Assembly: GCA_022711075.1 (NCBI GenBank)
Contig: JAKLFS010000002.1
Span: forward strand, 1 to 40,590
Length of the DNA stretch: 40,590 nucleotides
Source of the DNA: Patescibacteria group bacterium
GTDB lineage: Bacteria > Patescibacteriota > Minisyncoccia > UBA6257 > JAAZHW01
Reading direction: 5' to 3'
The notes below the pieces were generated by a model. The model was not told the DNA's origin. It searched no databases and saw only the letters and a list, made by a program, of their open reading frames with translations. Positions 26,263 through 33,794 of this stretch are shown here, one piece after another. The position numbers and the translations under genes were made by a program. Numbering within the stretch: the stretch's first letter is position 1; each line of letters opens with the position of its first letter.

Positions 26263-26296
26263 TTCAGAGGCGAAAATAGCAAAATTATTCCCATAT

Positions 26297-26311
26297 CCCG
26301 CTTCCAGCGGG
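26297..26311 (+). terminator. Short GC hairpin (CCCGC-TTCCA-GCGGG) followed by CTTT; weak terminator candidate
   Basis: Read directly. It lies between the membrane-protein gene and the infA promoter. Confidence 0.35.
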
Positions 26312-26319
26312 CTTTGGGG

Positions 26320-26347
26320 TTGACTAAAAAAAATATCTATATATAAT
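26320..26347 (+). promoter_or_regulatory. Near-consensus sigma70 promoter (TTGACT-16-TATAAT) for the infA-rpmJ-rpsM... operon
   Basis: TTGACT (26320-26325), 16-nt spacer, TATAAT (26342-26347). The infA ATG lies 14 nt downstream. Confidence 0.7.
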
Positions 26348-26361
26348 GTGTTATATCCCTT

Positions 26362-26568
26362 ATGAAAAAACCCACATTCGAGGGAGTGGTGGAGGAGGCG
26401 TTGCCCAGCACTACTTTTAAAGTAAAATTAGATGACGGTCGCGAAGTTTTGGCCCATCTTTCAGGAAAACTTAGATTAAATTTTATCAGAATTCTCGCCG
26501 GCGATCGGGTCGTGGTGGAGTTGAGTCCCTATGACGAACATCGCGGACGAATTATTTATCGTAAATAA
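26362..26568 (+). CDS. infA: Translation initiation factor IF-1
   Basis: 68-aa S1-like OB fold: [60 protein letters not shown]. Confidence 0.95.
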   Translation: MKKPTFEGVVEEALPSTTFKVKLDDGREVLAHLSGKLRLNFIRILAGDRVVVELSPYDEHRGRIIYRK

Positions 26569-26575
26569 TCAATCA

Positions 26576-26689
26576 ATGCAAGTGCAATCTTCCGTTAAAA
26601 AAAGATGTCAAAATTGTAAAGTTATAAAGCGCAAAGGCCGCATTTTTATTATTTGTAAGAATCCCAAGCATAAGCAGCGGCAAGGTTAA
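26576..26689 (+). CDS. rpmJ: 50S ribosomal protein L36
   Basis: Absent from the ORF track because it is under 60 aa. My translation is [37 protein letters not shown], which carries the L36 zinc-ribbon pattern. The infA-rpmJ-rpsM position is canonical. Confidence 0.9.
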   Translation: MQVQSSVKKRCQNCKVIKRKGRIFIICKNPKHKQRQG

Positions 26690-26701
26690 TTTTTTCACTC
26701 T

Positions 26702-27088
26702 ATGGTTCGCATTTCCGGTGTTAACATCCCTGATCCTAAAAGGATTGATATCAGTTTGAGCTATCTTTATGGTCTCGGGCGCTTTTTATCCGCTAAAATT
26801 TTGAAAATAGCCAATGTTCCTCCGGAAAAAAGGGCCAAGGATTTAACCTCCGAAGAAATCGGCCGGATTCAAGAAGTGATTGATAAAAATTATCGTATTG
26901 AAGGGGACTTACGCCGAGAGATTCAGGCCAATGTTAGGCGGCTCAAGGAGATCGGTTCTTATCGGGGCAGCCGTCATGCTCGAAAATTGCCGGTTCGCGG
27001 TCAGCGCACCAAAACCAATTCCCGAACCGTTCGCGGCAACGCGCGGAAAACCGTCGGTAGCGGCCGCCGTAAATTGGAATTGAGGTAA
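26702..27088 (+). CDS. rpsM: 30S ribosomal protein S13
   Basis: MVRISGVNIP...SLSYLYGLG...EIGSYRGSRHARKLPVRGQRTKTN. Confidence 0.95.
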   Translation: MVRISGVNIPDPKRIDISLSYLYGLGRFLSAKILKIANVPPEKRAKDLTSEEIGRIQEVIDKNYRIEGDLRREIQANVRRLKEIGSYRGSRHARKLPVRGQRTKTNSRTVRGNARKTVGSGRRKLELR

Positions 27089-27095
27089 AGCCATT

Positions 27096-27551
27096 ATGGG
27101 AAAGAAAAGGGTCATTAAACAATCCAACGAAGAAGCCATTAAGGAAGTGGAAGTTTTGGAGTCGGCCATGAAAAAGGCTGAAACTGGCGAGCAGGCCAGA
27201 AGGCCCATGCAAGCCGGTCGGGTTTATATCGCCACCTCCTATAATAATATCATTATGACTGCCACTGATTTTTCCGGAAATGTTATTGGTTGGACTTCGG
27301 GCGGGCACCTGCAGTTTAAGGGCCCCAAAAAAGCGACCCCTTTTGCCGCCGCGCGGGTAGCCGAGGCGTTAGTCCAAAAAATCAGAAAAGCCGGCCTCAA
27401 CGAGTTCCAGGTTTTTATTCGGGGCGTGGGCGGCGGCCGAGAATCGGCTTTGCGCACGTTAATTTCTCAAGGTTTGAATATTGTTTCCATTAAAGATATT
27501 ACTCCGGTCGCTCACGGCGGAGTGAGACCGCCGAAAGTGCGGAGAGTGTAA
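27096..27551 (+). CDS. rpsK: 30S ribosomal protein S11
   Basis: GRVYIATSYNNIIMTATD..GNVI.WTSGG...KGPKKATPFAAARVAE...VFIRGVGGGRESALR...ITPVAHGGVRPPK. Confidence 0.95.
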   Translation: MGKKRVIKQSNEEAIKEVEVLESAMKKAETGEQARRPMQAGRVYIATSYNNIIMTATDFSGNVIGWTSGGHLQFKGPKKATPFAAARVAEALVQKIRKAGLNEFQVFIRGVGGGRESALRTLISQGLNIVSIKDITPVAHGGVRPPKVRRV

Positions 27552-27563
27552 TAATTAGAAATT

Positions 27564-28187
27564 ATGATTTTAAATGCGAAGTGCAGAAAATGCAGAGGCG
27601 CGGGTGAAAAACTCTTTTTGAAGGGCGAGCGTTGTTATTCTCCAAAGTGTAATCTTTTGCGCAAGCCCTATCGGCCGGGTATGCATAAAAAAGCCAAGTT
27701 CCGCAATGTTTCTGAATACGGCCGACAGTTGCAGGAGAAGCAGAAAGTCAAATTGTCTTATGGCATTAGCGAAAGGCAATTGCGTCGCTACTTTAAAGAA
27801 GCCGTTAAAATGAAAGGTTCCAACGTGGAAGTGCTGACAAGAAAGTTGGAGATGCGTTTGGACAATATCGTTTTCCGTTTGGGTTTTGCGCCTTCGCGCC
27901 GCGTGGCTCGCCAACTTGTCAATCACGGCCATTTTTCCCTTAATGATCGGCCAGTGCGCACTCCATCTTTGGAAGTAAAAGCGGGCGATAAGATTCAAAT
28001 TCGACCCCAAAGCGCCGAGCGCCCGGTTTTCAAAGATTTAAAGAATAAGCTGAAGAAATATCAAACTCCCGGATTTTTAACGGTTAATGCCGAGAAATTG
28101 GAGGGTCAAGTCAAGTCCGAACCGAACGTTAAGGATTTGGAGATTCCTTTTAACGTAAGCTTAATCGTCGAATTTTATTCCAAATAA
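27564..28187 (+). CDS. rpsD: 30S ribosomal protein S4 (zinc-finger type)
   Basis: CRKCRGAGEKLFLKGERCYSPKC is the N-terminal C4 motif. SEYGRQLQEKQKVKLSYGISERQLRRYF follows, then the S4 domain RLDNIVFRLGFAPSRRVARQLVNHGH. Confidence 0.95.
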   Translation: MILNAKCRKCRGAGEKLFLKGERCYSPKCNLLRKPYRPGMHKKAKFRNVSEYGRQLQEKQKVKLSYGISERQLRRYFKEAVKMKGSNVEVLTRKLEMRLDNIVFRLGFAPSRRVARQLVNHGHFSLNDRPVRTPSLEVKAGDKIQIRPQSAERPVFKDLKNKLKKYQTPGFLTVNAEKLEGQVKSEPNVKDLEIPFNVSLIVEFYSK

Positions 28188-28233
28188 AATTTAAATTAAA
28201 TAAGGCCGCGGCCATAAATATTTAAATAAATAT

Positions 28234-29037
28234 ATGACGGATTTTACCTTGCCATCAAAACCAAAAATTATTAAAGAAGAAGACAATGTCGGCGTTTTTG
28301 AAATTGAAGGATTGTATACCGGATATGGTTTGACCATTGGCAATGCCTTGCGCCGGGTCCTCCTCTCTTCTTTGCCCGGAGCAGCCATTACTACTGTTAA
28401 AATTAAAGGGGTGCAGCATGAGTTTTCCACTTTGCCGGGGATAATGGAGGATGTTATTCAGATTATTATCAATTTGAAAAAGATCAGAGTGAAAATGTTT
28501 ACCAATGAGCCGCAGACGTTGTTTCTTTCGGCCAAGGGAGAAAGAAAAATAAGTGCGGCGGATATCGATAAAAATTCCAACGTGGAGATTCTCAATCCGG
28601 AAGCGCACATCGCCACTTTGACCGAGAAGAAATCCGAGTTGGAAATAATTTTCACCATTGAACAGGGATTGGGTTATGTGCCGGCGGAATTTCGGAAAAA
28701 AGACAAATTGCCAATCGGCACCATCAGTTTAGACGCCGCCTTTTCACCGATTCAGAAAGTTAATTACGAAGTGGAAGATATGCGAGTGGGAGAAAGAACC
28801 GATTATAACCGCCTGCGGATTTATATCGAAACGGACGGCAGCATTTCAGCGCGTTTGGCCCTTAAGAAGGCAACCGAAATTTTAACCGCTCATTTTCAAA
28901 CGATTGAAAATGGCATTGAGGTTCCGGAAGAGGGACGCGCGGTGGTCAAAGAATCCAAGACCAAATCCAAAGCGACAGCCGACAAGAAAGAAGCTAAAAC
29001 CAAAAAGTCCGAGAAGAAAAGCAAAGTGAAAAAATAA
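28234..29037 (+). CDS. rpoA: DNA-directed RNA polymerase alpha subunit: N-terminal domain plus a Lys-rich tail, no recognisable alpha-CTD
   Basis: FEIEGLYTGYGLTIGNALRRVLLSSLPGAAITTVKIKGVQHEFSTLPG matches the alpha-NTD. The protein ends at 267 aa with KESKTKSKATADKKEAKTKKSEKKSKVKK. Confidence 0.9.
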   Translation: MTDFTLPSKPKIIKEEDNVGVFEIEGLYTGYGLTIGNALRRVLLSSLPGAAITTVKIKGVQHEFSTLPGIMEDVIQIIINLKKIRVKMFTNEPQTLFLSAKGERKISAADIDKNSNVEILNPEAHIATLTEKKSELEIIFTIEQGLGYVPAEFRKKDKLPIGTISLDAAFSPIQKVNYEVEDMRVGERTDYNRLRIYIETDGSISARLALKKATEILTAHFQTIENGIEVPEEGRAVVKESKTKSKATADKKEAKTKKSEKKSKVKK

Positions 29038-29046
29038 TTCTAACTT

Positions 29047-29400
29047 ATGCGTCATTTGGCCAAAGGAAGAAAATTTCATAGAAAGAAAGGCGATCGCCGG
29101 GCTTTTATCAAGGGCCTGATTTCTAATCTGGCTTTTTATAAAAAAATCGAAACTACCGAATCGCGTGCCAAAGAAATTAAAAGAATAATGGAAAAGGCAG
29201 TGACTTTGGCCAAAAAGCAGAATTTGGCAAGCTTGAAGTTACTTATCGGACGCTTTGGCGAGAAAGCCGCCTTTGAAATTTTCCATAAAATTGCGCCCAA
29301 GTGTCAGAAGCGGTCGGGAGGTTATTTAAGAATCATTCAGAGCCCGCGCTTGCGCAAAAGAGATGCGGCAAAGATGGTCATTATTGAATTTGTTGACTAA
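29047..29400 (+). CDS. rplQ: 50S ribosomal protein L17
   Basis: MRHLAKGRKFHRKKGDRRAF...ETTESRAKEIKRIMEK...GGYLRI. It sits in the canonical position after rpoA. Confidence 0.95.
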   Translation: MRHLAKGRKFHRKKGDRRAFIKGLISNLAFYKKIETTESRAKEIKRIMEKAVTLAKKQNLASLKLLIGRFGEKAAFEIFHKIAPKCQKRSGGYLRIIQSPRLRKRDAAKMVIIEFVD

Positions 29401-29401
29401 T

Positions 29402-29746
29402 ATGCAGGAATATAAAATAGACGCCGCCAATCAAATATTGGGAAGATTAGCCACTAAAATAGCGGTTCTTTTGCAAGGAAAAAATTCCGCTCATTACGAA
29501 CCGCGTTTAGCCGGTAATAATCGGGTGATCGTGGAAAATATTTCGAAGATTAAGTTTTCCGGCAAGAAGCTTAATCAGAAGCTTTATCGTCATCATACCG
29601 GATATCAGGGCCATTTGAAAAGTCAGACCTTAGAACAGATTTTTGAAAAAGATCCCAAAGCTGTTTTGCGAAAAGCAGTTTGGAATATGTTGCCGAAAAA
29701 CAAATTGCGGTCAAAAAGAATTAAAAATTTGATAATTTATGCCTAA
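29402..29746 (+). CDS. rplM: 50S ribosomal protein L13, trimmed to 114 aa
   Basis: ILGRLATKIAVLLQGK...YEP...VIVENI......YRHHTGYQGHLK...MLPKN matches L13. The ATG at 29402 sits 1 nt after the rplQ stop and is preferred over the track start at 29363. Confidence 0.9.
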   Translation: MQEYKIDAANQILGRLATKIAVLLQGKNSAHYEPRLAGNNRVIVENISKIKFSGKKLNQKLYRHHTGYQGHLKSQTLEQIFEKDPKAVLRKAVWNMLPKNKLRSKRIKNLIIYA

Positions 29747-30227
29747 GAAAAAAGAAGTAACAGAGAAAACTACGGAAGAAAAAATTATGCCGGAGACCCC
29801 ATTGGAATTAAAAGAGCCAGTTTCTGATGGTAAGGGGAAGGATCGGTATTATGAAGGTATTGGCCGCCGGAAGACCGCCGTGGCTATTGTCAGGCTTTTT
29901 ACCAAGAAAAAAGAGATTATCGTTAACGGCCGCGATTATAAAAATTATTTTCCGTTAGTTCGTCAGCAAAAAACTTTAGAATCTCCATTTGAAAAAATGA
30001 AATGCCCGGGTAAATTCGGTGCTACGATTAAAACTTCTGGCGGCGGGATTCAAGCGCAAGCCGAAGCGATTCGCTTGGGGATTAGTCGGGCCATGGTAGA
30101 GTTCAATCTGGATTTTAAGAAACGTCTTCGCCGGGCCGGCTTTTTGACCAGGGATAGCCGCATGGTAGAAAGGAAGAAATATGGCTTTAAGAAGGCCAGG
30201 AGATCGCCTCAGTGGTCTAAGCGATAA
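29739..30227 (+). CDS. rpsI: 30S ribosomal protein S9 with an N-terminal extension of about 35 aa
   Basis: YYEGIGRRKTAVAIVRL...GGGIQAQAEAIRLGISRA...GFLTRDSRMVERKKYG.KKARRSPQWSKR. It overlaps the rplM stop by 8 nt. An alternative internal ATG lies at 29787. Confidence 0.9.
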   Translation: MPKKKEVTEKTTEEKIMPETPLELKEPVSDGKGKDRYYEGIGRRKTAVAIVRLFTKKKEIIVNGRDYKNYFPLVRQQKTLESPFEKMKCPGKFGATIKTSGGGIQAQAEAIRLGISRAMVEFNLDFKKRLRRAGFLTRDSRMVERKKYGFKKARRSPQWSKR

Positions 30228-30242
30228 AGCGTTAGAAAGGGG

Positions 30243-30368
30243 TGTTGACCCCGTTAGAGGTTCAAACAAAAATCTTCAAATCTAAGATGCCTATAAGGCG
30301 AAGCCGCCTAACGGCTTAGAAACACAAACTAAGAGGGGGTCTTGGTAAAACCTCTAACGGGGTTGACA
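30243..30368 (+). ncRNA. Candidate structured RNA or palindromic element of about 120 nt, closed by a 14-bp perfect stem with nested helices
   Basis: CCCCGTTAGAGGTT (30249-30262) pairs with AACCTCTAACGGGG (30349-30362). Inner helices are TCTAAG (30281-30286)/CTTAGA (30315-30320) and GGCG-AAGC-CGCC (30297-30308). No family could be assigned. Confidence 0.4.
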
Positions 30369-30391
30369 AAATTGAAAATAGGGAATAAAAT
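30363..30391 (+). promoter_or_regulatory. Consensus-like sigma70 promoter (TTGACA-17-TAAAAT) upstream of rpoB
   Basis: TTGACA (30363-30368), 17-nt spacer, TAAAAT (30386-30391). It predicts an AT-rich leader of roughly 130 nt before the rpoB ATG at 30530. Confidence 0.6.
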
Positions 30392-30529
30392 AAGACCAAC
30401 CAAATTTCCCCTAAATTTGCAAACAATTTTTATATAATTTAATTATTAATTAAAAATTGTCCATCTATTTTTAAATTAAATTTATAGTATTTTTTTAAAT
30501 CCCAAGCTTCATTGGGGATAAATATTTTT

Positions 30530-33500
30530 ATGTTCAAAAATGTGAAAGTATTTACTCGTCAACCGCGCGCTTTGACGAGTTTAGATATCCTACCCAATCT
30601 TTCACAGCTTCAAACCGACTCTTACGCTTGGTTCCTGAAAGAGGGATTACGGGAGCTGTTTAAAGAAATATCTCCGGTCAAAAATTATACCGGCAAAGAA
30701 CTCGAACTCTACTTCGAGGATTATTATTTTGATGCCCCGAAATTTGACGAATTTCAGGCGAAAGAAAAAAATCTCACTTACGAATCGGCGCTGCGGGTAA
30801 AGTTGAAATTAATCAATAAAAAGACCAAAGAAACCAAGGCGCAAGAAGTTTATTTCGGAGATTTTCCGATTATGACTTCACGTGGCACCTTCATTATTAA
30901 CGGAGTTGAAAGAGTGGTGGTTTCCCAGATTATTCGTTCCAGCGGCCTTTATTTTAACGCTGCTATGACGCGAGGCCGAAAATTGTTCGGCGCCAAGATT
31001 ATTCCTAATCGGGGTGCCTGGTTGGAATTTGAAACTGATGCCGACAGCGCTATTTATGTAAAAATTGACAGGAAGAGAAAGGTGCCGGCCACGGTTTTAT
31101 TGAAGATTTTTGGTTTAGCCACTAATGATGAAATTCTCAAAGCTTTCAAAGATGTAGATACTGGTGAAATAAAATTTATTGAAAAAACCCTGAAAAAAGA
31201 TATTTCCAAGAGCCAAGACGAGGCCTTTATTGAGATTTACAAGAGAATCAGGCCTGGCGACTTGGCCACGGCTGAGAATGCTCGCGGCTTGATTGAGGGT
31301 ATGTTTTTCCGTCTGGACCGGTACGATTTAAGCGAGGTGGGAAGATATAAACTTAATCAGCGCTTGGGTTTGGATAAGAGCGTGTCTACCGAACATTTGC
31401 TAACCATCACCGATTTGGTTGCTATTTTGAAATTTATCATCAGTTCTAATAATGACGAGAAGGCCGAGCCGGACGATATTGACCATTTGGGCAATCGTCG
31501 GATTCGGGCAGTGGGCGAACTGTTGCAAAATCGTTTGCGGATTGGTCTGGCCCGGATGCGCCGTATTATTCAGGACCGGATGTCCACTTATGATATTTTT
31601 ACTTTAGTGCCGGCACAACTTATCAATTCTCGTCCGATGATGGGCGTCGTCTCGGAATTTTTCAACACCTCGCAGCTTTCCCAGTTTATGAGCCAAGAAA
31701 ATCCTTTGGCCGAACTGGAACATAAACGTCGTTTTTCTGCTATGGGTCCGGGCGGTTTGACTCGCAAGAGGGCGGGGTTTGAGGTGCGCGACGTTCACCA
31801 CACTCACTATGGACGCATTTGTCCGATTCAAACTCCCGAAGGTGCGACCATCGGTCTCGTTAGCTATTTGGCTACCTTTGCCAAGGTCAATCATTTTGGT
31901 TTTTTGGAAACGCCGTATTTTCGAGTCAAGCACGGCCACGTCACTTCCGAAGTGGTTTATATGGACGCCTGGGAAGAGGAAAAATATTACATTGCTCATA
32001 GCGGAATCAAGATGGCGGCGGACGGACGCATTTTGGAGAATGAAGTGGAGGCGCGTTTTCGCGGCGAACCCGGTTTTTATCCGGCTAAATCCATTCAATT
32101 CATTGATGTTTCTCCTTTCCAAATCGGCAGCGTTGCCGCTGGCCTTATTCCTTTTCTGGAACATGACGATGCCAACCGGGCTCAGATGGGCTCTAACATG
32201 CAGCGGCAGGCCGTTTCCTATCTTGAATCCGAAGCCCCTTTAGTGGGCACGGGATTGGAAGAAAAAGCGGCGCGCGATTCGGGTCAGGTTATTCCGACTG
32301 ATGTTGACGGTGAAGTTTACGAAGTGGATGCCAGCCATGTTAAAATCAAAGTTTCTGGCAAGAAAGGCAACGCTGAATTTGTTAATTATCGTTTGCGCAA
32401 TTTTGTGCGCGCGAACCAATACACTTGTATTTCCCAGCGGCCGATTGTTGTAAAAAATCAGAAAGTTAAAAAAGGCGATGTAATCGCCGACAGCTTGTTG
32501 ACTGATCACGGCGTTTTGGCCTTAGGGAAAAATTTGCTGGTTGCCTTTATTTCTTGGGGAGGTGCGAACTACGAAGACGCGGTTATTCTTTCGGAAAGAG
32601 TGGTGCGCGAGGACAAGTTTACTTCTATTCACATTGAAGATTTCTATTGCGATGTGCGTGATACTAAGTTGGGTCCGGAAATCACCACTTTGGATATTCC
32701 GAACGTTTCTTTGGAAAAATTAAAAGATTTGGATGAGGAAGGAATTATTCGGATTGGAGCTGAAGTCAATGCGGGAGATATTTTAGTTGGAAAGATTTCG
32801 CCCAAGGGCGAAACTGATTTGACCGCTGAAGAAAGATTGCTTCGGGCAATTTTCGGCGAGAAAGCTCGAGACGTCAAAGATACTTCCTTAGTTTTGAAAC
32901 ATGGTAAGCGCGGTCGGGTGGTCGGCATTCAGGTTTTTTCTCGGGATCGCGGCGACAAATTGGAGCCCGGCATCATTAAAAGAATCCAGATTGAAATCGC
33001 TCAGTTGCGCCATATTATGGCTGGCGATAAATTGGCCGGTCGTCATGGCAACAAAGGGGTTATTTCCAAGATTGTTCCGGTAGAGGATATGCCTCATTTG
33101 GAAGACGGCACGGCAGTGGATGTCATTTTGAATCCTTTGGGCGTTGTTTCGCGTATGAACCTTGGTCAGATTTTGGAAACGCACTTGGGCTGGGCCGCTT
33201 CTAAGCTCGGTTATCGGGCGATTACTCCGGTTTTTGCCGGCGCCACTGAAGAGGAAATTAATCAAGAATTGAAATCAGCTGGACTGCCGGAAGATGGCAA
33301 GGTCGTTTTGTATGACGGTCGGACCGGTCAGCCGTTTGATCAGAAAGTGATGGTGGGTCAGATTTATATGATGAAATTGATTCATATGGTGGAAGATAAA
33401 TTGCATATGCGCTCCATCGGTCCCTATTCCTTGATTACTCAGCAGCCTTTGGGCGGCAAAGCGCAATTAGGCGGACAGCGTTTCGGTGAAATGGAAGTCT

Positions 33501-33790
33501 GGGCCCTGGAAGGCTATGGCGCTGCTTACACTCTGCAGGAAATGCTGACCATTAAATCCGATGATGTGATGGGTAGGGTAGCGGCTTATGAAGCGATTGT
33601 CCGCGGCCAAGAATTTAAGAGTCCCAATATCCCCGCTTCTTTCTATGTTTTAATCAATGAGTTGAAAAGCATGGCTCTGGACATTGAGTTGTTAGGCGTC
33701 AAAGAGCCGGTTAAAGAAAAAAAGGCCGAAGAGAAACCAGCCAATAAAGAAGTAGCCGCTACCTTTAACGAAGTGGCGAAAGAAGAATAA
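30530..33790 (+). CDS. rpoB: DNA-directed RNA polymerase beta subunit
   Basis: Beta hallmarks are present throughout (GTFIINGVERVVVSQ, RRFSAMGPGGLTR, HYGRICPIQTPEG, GDKLAGRHGNKGV, QRFGEMEVWALE). The ATG at 30530 is preferred over the TTG at 30512. Confidence 0.95.
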   Translation: MFKNVKVFTRQPRALTSLDILPNLSQLQTDSYAWFLKEGLRELFKEISPVKNYTGKELELYFEDYYFDAPKFDEFQAKEKNLTYESALRVKLKLINKKTKETKAQEVYFGDFPIMTSRGTFIINGVERVVVSQIIRSSGLYFNAAMTRGRKLFGAKIIPNRGAWLEFETDADSAIYVKIDRKRKVPATVLLKIFGLATNDEILKAFKDVDTGEIKFIEKTLKKDISKSQDEAFIEIYKRIRPGDLATAENARGLIEGMFFRLDRYDLSEVGRYKLNQRLGLDKSVSTEHLLTITDLVAILKFIISSNNDEKAEPDDIDHLGNRRIRAVGELLQNRLRIGLARMRRIIQDRMSTYDIFTLVPAQLINSRPMMGVVSEFFNTSQLSQFMSQENPLAELEHKRRFSAMGPGGLTRKRAGFEVRDVHHTHYGRICPIQTPEGATIGLVSYLATFAKVNHFGFLETPYFRVKHGHVTSEVVYMDAWEEEKYYIAHSGIKMAADGRILENEVEARFRGEPGFYPAKSIQFIDVSPFQIGSVAAGLIPFLEHDDANRAQMGSNMQRQAVSYLESEAPLVGTGLEEKAARDSGQVIPTDVDGEVYEVDASHVKIKVSGKKGNAEFVNYRLRNFVRANQYTCISQRPIVVKNQKVKKGDVIADSLLTDHGVLALGKNLLVAFISWGGANYEDAVILSERVVREDKFTSIHIEDFYCDVRDTKLGPEITTLDIPNVSLEKLKDLDEEGIIRIGAEVNAGDILVGKISPKGETDLTAEERLLRAIFGEKARDVKDTSLVLKHGKRGRVVGIQVFSRDRGDKLEPGIIKRIQIEIAQLRHIMAGDKLAGRHGNKGVISKIVPVEDMPHLEDGTAVDVILNPLGVVSRMNLGQILETHLGWAASKLGYRAITPVFAGATEEEINQELKSAGLPEDGKVVLYDGRTGQPFDQKVMVGQIYMMKLIHMVEDKLHMRSIGPYSLITQQPLGGKAQLGGQRFGEMEVWALEGYGAAYTLQEMLTIKSDDVMGRVAAYEAIVRGQEFKSPNIPASFYVLINELKSMALDIELLGVKEPVKEKKAEEKPANKEVAATFNEVAKEE

Positions 33791-33794
33791 ATTT

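Noticed and set aside
30255-30275. T-loop-like GGTTCAAAC motif, suggesting a tRNA or tmRNA-like element in the rpsI-rpoB spacer
   Set aside because: No complementary 5-bp T-stem, acceptor stem or anticodon arm can be drawn around it, so it is not a tRNA-like gene.
30243-30368. The possibility that the structured element is the small SRP (4.5S) RNA or 6S RNA
   Set aside because: The conserved SRP domain IV features (a GGAA tetraloop with AGCA-containing symmetric loops) are not visible, and the apical loop is AAGC. The length and shape also do not fit 6S RNA. It is left as unassigned structured RNA.
30512-30529. TTG start for rpoB given in the ORF track
   Set aside because: An in-frame ATG at 30530 gives MFKNVKVF... 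The six extra codons (GINIF) have no support. This is a minor boundary issue only.
31604-32164. 186-aa minus-strand ORF and 154-aa plus-strand off-frame ORF (31779-32243) inside rpoB
   Set aside because: They lie within the most conserved part of rpoB, and no independent signals or motifs are present. They are chance open frames.
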